DNA from: Dipteris shenzhenensis | Lineage: Eukaryota | Assembly (NCBI GenBank): GCA_047967505.1 | Contig: CM106538.1 | Direction: 5' to 3' (one strand) | DNA length: 64,000 bases | In this document: positions 1-9,820 of the stretch, one piece after another | How the letters are laid out: every line of letters begins with the position of its first letter | Numbering within the stretch: the first letter of the stretch is position 1 | Notes under the pieces: model-generated | Databases searched by the model: none | Told to the model about the DNA's origin: nothing | The model's input: only the letters and a program-made list of their open reading frames with translations | Translations under genes and position numbers: made by a program

Positions 1-421
1 AGGAATTAGGGGTTAGGGTTTTGGGATTAGGGATTAGGGGTTAGGGTTTACGGATTAGGATTTAGGGGTTTAGGATTTAGGTTTAGGGATTAGGGTTTAG
101 GGTTTAAGAGTTAGGGTTTAGGAATTAGGGCTTTGGGATTAGGGTTTTGGGATTAGGGATTAGGGGTTAGGGTTTATGAATTAAGATTTAGGTTTAGGGA
201 TTAGGGTTTAGGGCTTAGGATTTAAGGGTTAGGGCTTAGGAATTAGGGATTAGGGTTTAGGAATTAGGGATTAGGATATAGAATTTAGGGTTTTGAGGGC
301 TAGGATTAGGATTTATGGTTTAGAAATTAGGACTTAGGGTTTAGGGATTAGGGTTTATTGTTTCGAGGGCCAAATTTAGGGTTTAGGGTTTGGAAATTGG
401 GGGTTAGGGTTTAGGGTTTAA
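1..421 (+). repeat. Degenerate interstitial telomere-like array (TTTAGGG with TTAGGG/ATTAGGG/TTAGGA variants), open at the window edge
   Basis: Continuous run of G-rich 6-8 nt units such as GGGTTTAGGGTTTA and GGGATTA. The G strand is on +, the opposite of what a true left chromosome end would show. Confidence 0.95.
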
Positions 422-515
422 TTAATTTTTTAAACAAGATGTAGATTTCTAAATAATTAATAAAGTAGATTATTGAGAAGAGTAGTACTAATGTTCTTTA
501 TAATGGTTGTTACAG

Positions 516-1412
516 CTTGTTTGCAAAGGAAACTCACAAAGGAGATGGCTACAAAATTTATTCCAGGGATGGAGGTGATTCTATATTGCAAAAGAGAAAA
601 GGGCACTGGAGGAGAAAAGGGCATGGTGCAACACATGCTGGACGCTTTGGAGCATCATGTTAATAGAAACTTACATTTCTTCACGGTTTAGGGTGCAATG
701 GCATGCCACAAGCATACAAAGAGTAGAATCATTCAACCAGATAGGATGAATGTGGAAGCAGAGCTTAAACCATTAATGAGAGTGTGGTGTTGTTTTAAAG
801 AGGAATGCAAATCAGTAAGAACAGTGTTCATTGACGTTTCGCCTTACACCGGTTGTGTTAATCCAACGGAAAATTGCATTTTCCCTACAAAATTTGATAT
901 AGATTGTGGTGATTCTATTTTGCTTTATGAGTTATTGCCATACCTACAAATGCTAGATGATGCAATAGATGTGCGCAATGCCATCTCTTCTAACAGATTT
1001 GGTCAAGCTCCGACTGTCGCGAAGGGCATGATATGTTCTATTATTTTCAACCAGTGATCCTTGAATTCAAAGAAAAAAACAAAGAAGTCCTCGAAAGGAT
1101 GAATGTCGAATCTCATATGTCTACTGGTAGTTCAAAAAAAGACACAGAGAAAGGTATTGCTTCACCTATAACCAAAACTAGAGTGAGAGGGACTTGTCCT
1201 ACTACAAGAAGGATGGTGCATGCTCAACATGTTACATTGAATGAAGAGAAAGAATGCATGCTAGGAAAAATTCCAAAATGGGGCCGTTGAAAGATAGTGA
1301 GGCAAAACGCTATGCTATGGTTCTTGGATGCAAGGAAAGGGGAATCACTACCGATGCTGCAAGGGCATTCTTAGCCAACTTGATTCGATTTTATTGCATA
1401 GACAACCCTTAG
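516..1412 (+). pseudogene. FCP1/NIF-homology HAD phosphatase-like exon (C-terminal part), disrupted
   Basis: ORFs 473-691 and 698-1057 are one frame broken by TAG at 689-691 (FFTV*GAMAC, probably TGG>TAG). Motifs KPLMRVW, RTVFIDVSPYTGCVNPTENCIFP and LLPYLQMLDDAIDV...RFGQAP resemble the plant FCP1-homology pattern NTLLxDDSPYKxxxNPxxxxIFP...YLxxLxxAxDV...PFGQ. Branch-point-like TACTAAT at 486-492 and acceptor TACAG| at 515. Frameshifts near 1025 and 1283; stop TAG at 1410-1412. Confidence 0.7.
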
Positions 1413-1659
1413 TGAATTTGAGTGATCTTGTTAATTAGAGTTGCAGACACAAATGCTCAGCTAAAACATTTGTACCTTCATTCTGATTTATATTTGGACA
1501 CTATTTGGTTAGATTCAATTTGCAAAACATTATGTTTCAATTTGTTTTGTGAAAGAATTAATAGACATTGAGTTAGTACCTTGTGCAAAAAATGCTCTGC
1601 ACTTTGTGATGTGAGTTTGTATTCCTCCACTAAAAGAATGATTCTTTGATTTTAAACAT

Positions 1660-2216
1660 ATGATAGGTGTTGCAGATTGTCCTGAAAAGTTGAAGAGCTA
1701 TCTTATTACAAATTTTGATCCTACATCCAATGGTTTATGGAAACATGAATTGCCCATACCCATTGAGCACGTGCTTGAAATGAATGGCATCCATTATGAA
1801 GTAAAGAAATCAACAATACTTGGGGTAGGATATGGTCTTTTTGTACACATGAGCATCAAGAAGAAACAAGATTTGATGGTATATAATGGTCCAAAGTATG
1901 ATTATGATACTTGGAGATCTCTCCTTAAGTTTTTCCCAAGTATGAAGACTTATGGAATGTTTGAAGATCCATTCTTGAGCCATTGACAGATGTGAAATGT
2001 ATTGTGGGAGATGTATTGTATGGAAACATTGCTGGATATATAAATAGCTCAATGTATTATAAAGAAAGAACAAATGTTATATTTGTATACATCCCTAAGC
2101 TACCACCTTGGGCTCAAAAGTCACAAGGAGATTTGAGTGCCCATGGCTACATTACTATGCAAACCATAAAGGATATCTCCTTCGGAGATGAGCTACTTTG
2201 TGAGTATGAATACTAG
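1660..2216 (+). pseudogene. Minimal SET-domain (lysine methyltransferase-like) coding region with one frameshift
   Basis: SET motifs in the correct order across ORFs 1660-1986 and 1983-2216: VKKSTILGVGYGLF, YNG, NIAGYINSS, NVIF, TIKDISFGDELLCEY. No post-SET cysteines. Possible acceptor AG at 1665-1666. Confidence 0.85.
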
Positions 2217-2411
2217 TATGGAATTGTTAATGATTGTGTTAAACGATGTGGTGCAAAATTTAGTTGCAAAATTGGCTATGTGTCAATGGTTTTGATTATA
2301 TTTAGCACAAGAAAGCAATTTAAAAAAAGGTTTTTATCAAGACCATGTCTCTGAGTTTCATGAGCTCTATTGTTATGGAGAATTTCACGAGCTCTATTGT
2401 GATGGAACGGT

Positions 2412-2653
2412 GTTTTTGAACACCACATTTATATGATGGATGTCAAATCTCTACCATAATCCTATTGCATATGTCAATACTGCAATTTATCAACATAGAA
2501 ACATATGCATTTGGCATTAATTTGATACATCTAATATACCAAATAAAAATTGACAGTTGTTGCAAGTTTAATTTTGTTTTTGAATACCACATTTATATGA
2601 TGGATGTCAAAGCTCTATAATAATCCTATTGCATATATCAATACTGCAATTTA
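2412..2653. repeat. Dispersed ~78-bp direct repeat
   Basis: GTTTTTGAAYACCACATTTATATGATGGATGTCAAA...CAATACTGCAATTTA occurs at ~2412-2488 and ~2576-2652. Confidence 0.85.
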
Positions 2654-2654
2654 A

Positions 2655-2912
2655 TCTACTCCAATGAATCTTCCTAACGCAACATCTATAAATTGGCTTT
2701 TGTTTGTGGTTTCGATGCATATGAAACAACAAACATCTTTCTTTCACTAGCAAATCAACAAATGTTTTGGCCATGGGGCCATGTTCACATCTATTAAGGC
2801 CTTTTGCCATAGCAACATACGGAAGCTTGTTGCTTGGGTTCCAGGAATTGGGAAAGTATTGTGCATGGTCGAGTCTCCCCCAACATAATTGAAACTTGGG
2901 TCCTCAATGGAG
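2655..2912 (-). pseudogene. Exon-like fragment of an unidentified protein
   Basis: After a T-rich acceptor (TTTTTTATTGAAACATTAG|) it reads SIEDPSFNYVG/GRLDHAQYFPNSWNPSNKLPYVAMAKGLNRCEHGPMAKTFVDLLVKERCLLF, with one slip in a G run. No family recognised. Confidence 0.35.
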
Positions 2913-3005
2913 CTAATGTTTCAATAAAAAACATCAAATTTTACTTTTGAAGTGACTATATTTTATTTCATGGGAATTGGGATTTTCCCAAATTCTCTAA
3001 TATAG

Positions 3006-4482
3006 TGTTCAAATGAGTACATTTGTGTTATTGTAGATGGTATGGATCAAAATACGACAACATTACCTCGATTCGTTAACACTGCACCTAAGCTACAACG
3101 AAAATACTTTTTAAAGACACATCTATGTAGAGTGTTAGTGCATGGATTTAAGTTTTTTGCAGACATATGGATTGATTCCTTGCATCTACATGACAGCAAT
3201 CAAGTTGTGACATCCGTTATGACGGCAATTCACAATGTACATGCAGAAAAAGGTCGCCTACCAGCAACTTTGAGAGTACAAGCAGACAATGGTGGACGAG
3301 AGAATAAGAATGTACTCTTTTTTGCATTTTGCTCAATGCTAATCGCTCATAGAATCTTCAATGATATTGAACTTGGGTTTTTGTTGGTTGGGCACACACA
3401 TGAGGATATCAATCAGGTATTTAGCACGGTTTCAAGAGAACTAAAACACAAGGACATGGAGACGATGGATGACTTGATAAGAAAATGTGGGAGGCAAGTT
3501 GGTGCCGTAAGGAAGGAACAGTATGCTCAATGGTTGAGAGGATGTATGATTGGAAGAGCTTTATTCTACCTTTCATACAAAAAGGTGGTGATGCCCTGAT
3601 AGGTCATAGTGCTCCACACTATTTTCGCTTTTTCTTAAAGGATGAAAAACTAGTGATGCAGTGGCAACACTATTCTCTTGATACAAAATGGGAACCTGAA
3701 GAACCTTACTCTCTCTTAACTTCAATCCCGAGCAAAGAAATGCATCCAACATGGGCTCCTATAAAAGAATTCAGCGAGAAATCCAAAGGTGAAATAGAAG
3801 GCTTAAAAGTTTTTATTACATACAAAGAGGAAATGCTCGGGAGATTTCCTGATTGGAAGCCCTCTTGGAAGGAGCACACTACTATTGTAATTAGCAAGAC
3901 CTACCAATTGATAAAGGACCTTGCAAAAATGCGAGAAGATGATATTAAGGCAGAATGGCCTTTATTTTGGCCAAATGTTGGTAACAACTTGTGCCCAGCA
4001 TGTGGTCTCTTTGAAAATGAGTTTAAATCGCTACTCCCACGTCCATATTGTGGACCCAAGAAGAGAGAGTTTATGCCAAAAATAGACATAGACATCCATT
4101 GTTTTGTTTCAGTTCAACTATCGGATGATGAACATGAGAACGTGAAGTTTTGGGTTGCGAAAGTAGTTGGCATGAGCATGGATGACCGGGGGAGAGCTAC
4201 AACATTTACAGCGGTATGGTATGAGCCAAGGGGTAGGAAGGAGAACCAGGATAACAATACATCGTATAGTAGTTGTCTGAAAAAGGAATGGGTCCCAAAC
4301 CATGATGCAATTTCAAAACTTTCCACAGAGACAATCATAGTATCTTGGAAATCAAGGTCAAAGAAAACAAAGAAGCACATGGGGTATGATGTAGAAGACA
4401 AAATAAAATTACCACAACCAATTATTTCGCACAATATAGAGTTCATAAAGATGCTTGCCCAGGAGGAAGTAGAAGGAGATAG
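3006..4482 (+). pseudogene. DUF7869/Sola-like DDD-type transposase, frameshifted and interrupted by Copia A1; tail resumes at 10641-10667
   Basis: EYICVIVDGMDQ, LRVQADNGGRENKN and FLLVGHTHEDINQVFS catalytic-type motifs. Frameshift near 3485 into YDWKSF...PHYFRF, then a C-terminal FWVAKV...AVWYEP domain. Removing the insertion restores ...EGDSTNEECP*. Confidence 0.8.
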
Positions 4483-4829
4483 TGTGAAGATAGTGGGAGA
4501 GAAGGAAGGATTCTCACTTGTGGCTTTCTCACATACACAATGGGAGAATACACACAAAGGTGGAGGCTGAAAACAGTTTTCCTCTTCTTAGTTGTAAAAG
4601 CCAAAAGAACTCTAGTACAAACAAATAGAAGAACCCTATATGTGGGTCTCAAACCAAACTCAGCTAACTAAGGTGGCATACTAACTGAGCCACAAACTAG
4701 AGTACATAAGGATAGCTGTCATCCCAGCTATTATTCATGGGCGGTGTACCAACCGCATCTGCAGCTAACAAGTCGGTGACATAAATGCACAACGGTCACC
4801 CTGGCATATCACAAGTGGAGCTCGATATC

Positions 4830-6000
4830 TCAACACTCCCCCTCGAGATCAATCCCAATTCCTGCACACCAAGCAGGTCTCTGAATTTGCGCAGCTTCTC
4901 TGCACCCAATGCCTTCGTGAATGTCAGCTACCTGATCCTTTGTGCTGACATAAACTAGATCAATAAAACCTACTAGAACCTTCTCCCGCACATAGTGATA
5001 ATGCACCTCAATGTGCTTTGTTCTAGCATGATAGACTGGGTCATTTGCCAAGTGTATACTGCTCATGTTGTCACAATAAATGACAACTGGCCCATTTGTA
5101 GACTGATGCATATCATAAAGTAGCTTATACAACCAAGATACCTCATATGCAGCAATTGCTGCACCCATGTACTCAGCCTCTGTGCTCGACAAGGCAACTG
5201 TAGGTTGTTTCTTGCTGCTCCAAGTGACTACAGCACTCCCAAAAGAGAACACATATCCACTGGTAGATCGTCTATCAGAAATACTACCAGCCCAATCAGC
5301 ATCAGTGTATCCATGCAATTGTATCTGAACCCCAGTCTCATAAAATAGTCCATACTGCAAGGTGGACTTCACATACCTGAGTATGCGTCTAGCCACATCC
5401 AAATGCGGTTTCCTTGGAGCCTGCATAAACTGACTTACCAATCCAACAGCATAGCTCAAATCTGGTTTGGTAATAGTCATATAAATCAAACTTCCTACTA
5501 TGCGTCTGTACATAGTAGGGTCTTCCAGAAGCTCACATGCATCTGCGCTCAGTTTCACATTCTGCTCCAAAGGAACTGAAATAGGCTTACAGCCTGTCAT
5601 CCTATATTTGGACAGCATGTCCAATCCATACTGCCTTTGCAAGAGCCGTATCCCACTTGGTGATCTAATCACCTCAATGCCCAAGAAATAACGCAGCTCT
5701 CCCAAATCCTTCATCTCAAACTTCTGCTTCAATAGCATTTTCACATGAAGGATATCTTCATCACTATCACCTGTGATGATCAAATCATCAACATAAATGA
5801 CAAGCAGCATAATACCTTTCTCTGTTTTTCTCACATAAAGTGAGAAATCTGCCTTGGAAATCTGAAAGGCAATAGTGACAAGATACTGTCATATCTTGTC
5901 AGACCATGCTCTAGGTCTTGCTTCAAGCCATACAAGGCTTTCTTCAACCTGCAAACAAACTCAGGATGAACAGCATGAACATAATCTAGTGGCTGCTCCA
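4830..6000 (-). pseudogene. Copia A1 reverse transcriptase/RNase H (3' part), frameshifted
   Basis: ORF 4830-5834 has YVDDLII, YTDADWAG, SSTEAEY and HARTKHIEVHYH. LKKALYGLKQ lies in the adjacent frame. Confidence 0.92.
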
Positions 6001-6005
6001 TAAAG

Positions 6006-8820
6006 TGTTGTGAATATGGTGCCATGAGCACATAGATTAAAGGCTAAGGTATGGTATAGGAAAGAATTAAAGTAGCCACCCTAGGATGTGGACTACATGA
6101 TGTGGAGATGTGGATCAAGGACATCCACAAGGAGAGATGTGGATCAGAGGATCCCACAGATGTTGACTATTCTAAGGGCACTCTCTATATCAGAGGCCTA
6201 TCATGTATTGTTGAACACACATTGCAAGAGATATAGATTTGCTATCTCCCTCTCATGTCTTATTTAGTGTGCTTTGAGCCTCCTTAGTTCTTTCACTGAT
6301 CTTGTGTGCACTAGGCTAGAACGACCTGCACCTTGTCATGGTATCAGAGCTTAGGTCTAGTCTCCTAAGGCACACCTTAGGAAGCTTATGTTTTCTTCTA
6401 AGTTAGTTCTAGTTTTAGATTGAGAGTTATCTTCCCTGGCGGAGAGAATTTCAGTTTGTTTTAGGGAAGTTCCACTCATTGAGAGAGCTTGAGAGCTATT
6501 TAACTCTGTTCTTTGAGAGAGAGAGAGACAAGGGAGAGTCTCTTTTGTATATTGTGCATGTTTTTTGGTTTCAAGGATTTTAGTTTCTTCTGTGAGTAAG
6601 AGCGATCTCCTTAGAGCCTTGCATCAAGCTCTCCATCTACAAGCGGCTGCTTGTGTGAACTTGCACCATCAGGTTGCCGGGAACTTCCATAAGTTAGCAG
6701 CCCCCATGATTCTCAAAATTTGGAGATAGTAGCTCTGAATAGTAGTCTGCGTATTAAGGCTCGGTTTGGTCAAACTCCTTCAAGACAAGCACAACCGTGG
6801 ACAGGATTACACTCGACCTCTTCCAGAATCTCGATCTCTGATTAGAAGAACCAACCTGCGCATACAACCATCTCCTGCTGGCTCCTACTTGACCTGTTCC
6901 ACATCCAACGAGCTCACGAACTGTAGTGAACATCCAGAACCATCTTCTTCACAGGCGGCTCTCTCTAACCACAAGCTCGACTCGAGCTCCTGAACAACCG
7001 GTTTCCATGCAAGCTTCCTCCTCTACTGAATGATGCTCCCCTCCAACAAGTGCAGTTCCAACTCCTTATCAAGCATCTCCATTACACTGCATATGATTCC
7101 ATTTTAAGCACCGACGCTCGCGTCAGAGTGAGACGAATAGCCTTGTCTACTAGTCGTCTGAATAGGCATCTTCACAATGCTCCAACTAGTCGCTGCCTAT
7201 GACCAACAGCACGGGATTGCCAACTTCTCCAAAGGCCAGCAGCAGCAACCAAAACTCTACATCTCCATCAACGAACCTTCCATCAACGAGCCAGCCAGTG
7301 GCTTCTCCATAATGCCTGTAATGGATGGGCTTCAGACGACACGCTCCAGCCTCAGCGAGGACAACACGCTCTCTGTGTTTCTCCACAATAGAAGACCTGT
7401 AGCAAGCGCATCACTAACGAGAACGGCTCTCCATTAGCCACCAAGCTGCACCAAATTAAGCAAGCAACCACCGACTGCAATGCAACCAACTTCCGTGACC
7501 CGACGGTGGGAGGGGGAGTGTAGAGAGGATTTTCAAACGACAACGGATGAATTTTGGGTGTGAAAGCATCTCTTTGCAACTTCCTCTATGAGCTTGCACC
7601 CGCCCGCCTTCCATCACATGACCTTCAGCAGCCCACCGTCACAGAGAAAGCTTCAAACCTTCTCTTTCTTCTCCTAAGGTTAGACCATAGAAAATTGCCA
7701 TGTGGCAGATAATAACTAACCAGGGTTAGTTAGAAGCACCCTTGGTTAAATGTGGAGTCACTAGGGTTAGTTCAACCCTGGTCAAGTAACTGTGGTAAAG
7801 ATTAACCATGGTTAGGTTTAGGATAAGGATTGGTTAATATGCCACATCATCTACAGTGCCACCTAAGCACAGTTTGTAAGCAGCATGTGAATCCCTGTGC
7901 CACATCATCAAGGCCCCCTCTTCTTCACAGAATCTTTGCAAGCCATAACTTGCAATCTAGGAAGAATTTGCACACGCTCCAAAAAGCAAAAGTGATCATT
8001 TTTTTGAGCTCTATGTGCCTATCAAGTCAGAATCATTGTGTGCAATTTGGCACTGCCAATATTGAAAGAAATCAATTGGTAAGACCTTTGCAACAAATGG
8101 AAAAGCGATGCATGAATGCAAAAAGCATGCCAAAAGCATAAGTGCATGAGATGCCCATAGCACGGAAAATGGCATGCACACATAAAGCATTAAGGCACAT
8201 GGAAGAACAAAGCATTATGCATCAAGCTACATCAAGCAAAGAAGACAACAACATCGACAACATGAATTGAGATGCAACAACCTTGCCACCTTTCAGCCCA
8301 TATGTTTGTAAATCAAACCTGACCACCTGAGAGTAGCCATGTAAGCACCCAGGGGAGGTATTGACATATGTAAAAGCCACATCTGACCACCTTAACTAGC
8401 AATGTATGCACTAAGGGGAGGTGATGGATTTGTAACTCACATTTGACCACCTTGCAGTAGCCAATGCATTATGGCACCAAGGGAAGGTGTTGTGAATATG
8501 GTGCCATGAGCACATAGATTAAAGGCTAAGGTATGGTATAGGAAAGAATTAAAGTAGCCACCCTAGGATGTGGACTACATGATGTGGAGATGTGGATCAA
8601 GGACATCCACAAGGAGAGATGTGGATCAGAGGATCCCACAGATGTTGACTATTCTAAGGGCACTCTCTATATCAGAGGCCTATCATGTATTGTTGAACAC
8701 ACATTGCAAGAGATATAGATTTGCTATCTCCCTCTCATGTCTTATTTAGTGTGCTTTGAGCCTCCTTAGTTCTTTCACTGATCTTGTGTGCACTAGGCTA
8801 GAACGACCCGCACCTTGTCA
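6006..8820 (+). mobile_element. Non-autonomous LTR retroelement B (2815 bp), nested in the RT of A1
   Basis: 333-bp LTRs at 6006-6338 and 8488-8820 that differ at one position by eye. TSD TAAAG at 6001-6005 and 8821-8825. PBS TGGTATCAGAGC at 6339-6350 and PPT AAGGGAAGG at 8479-8487. No recognisable gag/pol in the 2149-bp interior. Confidence 0.96.
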
Positions 8821-9129
8821 TAAAGACCTCTTCTTGCAAATCACCATGCAAGAAGGCATTCTTTACATCCATCTGATCTAAAGACCATCCCTTTGATGCA
8901 GCCATAGCAATGATTGCTCTTACGGTTGCCATCCTTGCAGCCAGACTGAATGTTTCTTCATAATCAATGCCATATGTCTCTGCATACCCCTTGACAACTA
9001 ATCTTGCCTTGTATTTGTTCACAGAACCATCTGTATTGTGCTTCATCTTATAAACCCACTTACAGCCAATTGCATTCTTGTCTTTAGGCAAAGGCACCAA
9101 TTCCCATGTAGCATTTGCTTCCAACACAT

Positions 9130-9820
9130 CCACGGCCTCCAGATCTGCCTCCTCTACCTCTGCCTCTACCTCTTCCAGCATTTGAGTAGAAGATAGTTTC
9201 TTTTGAAGTTCCTCTTGAAGAAGATGCACCACCATTTCTCTGCTCCTCAGAAATTAGGAGAGCAATCAACTCCTCAAAATCAGGAAATTTTTCATGGACG
9301 GCAATGGATGTCCGGAACTATGCATAATCCTTTCCTAGACCATTCAAGGTAACAGAAACTAAATCATCATCTTCCACTGGTGACCCAATGGAAGCAAGTG
9401 CATCTGCAATCTTCTTCACCTTCATGTGGTAGTCATTGATGCTCATATTTTCTCTCTGCACATTGTGCACCTCCTGCTTGAGCTGCATTTTCCTGGCTTG
9501 CGTATTTGTGCTGTACATTTTTGCCAAAGTATCCCATGCCTCCTTTGGCGTACTTGCATCTTGAATATGCACAATCATAGAATCTAAAATACTGATAGAC
9601 AGCCAGTACATAACTTTTCTGGCTCTCTCATGCCATCCTTTAAATGCCTGCATTTCCTGTTGATTGGGAACATTAGGAAGAACTGGTTCTTCTTCATTTC
9701 CTATAATGAACTCCCAATAGCCTTTTCCCATAAGGAAATTCGTCATTCTAAAGTTCCATGCTTGGAAGTTAATCTTGTCAAGCTTTTCAGTGACAATCTA
9801 TGAAAGAGAATCAGATGCCA
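9130..9820 (-). pseudogene. Copia A1 gag with premature stops
   Basis: EKLDKINFQAWNFRMTNFLMGKGYW...KEAWDTL...LKQEVHN...LNGLGKDY...LISEEQR; collinear with the gag at 56170-56860. Confidence 0.9.

Noticed and set aside
1-421. True chromosome end (functional telomere)
   Set aside because: The array is heavily degenerate and G-rich on + at the left edge; a left telomere would read CCCTAAA.
4483-4570. C-terminus of ORF 3485-4570 as genuine transposase sequence
   Set aside because: These codons are read-through into the A1 LTR; the native tail is at 10641-10667.
6766-8141. Short ORFs inside element B as cargo genes
   Set aside because: All are 103 aa or shorter, scattered over frames and strands, compositionally biased and without recognisable motifs.
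8300-8489. CRISPR-like repeat-spacer array (also considered for 12878-13067 and 30335-30455)
   Set aside because: Eukaryotic TE context, whole-unit tandem duplication without unique spacers, and no cas genes.
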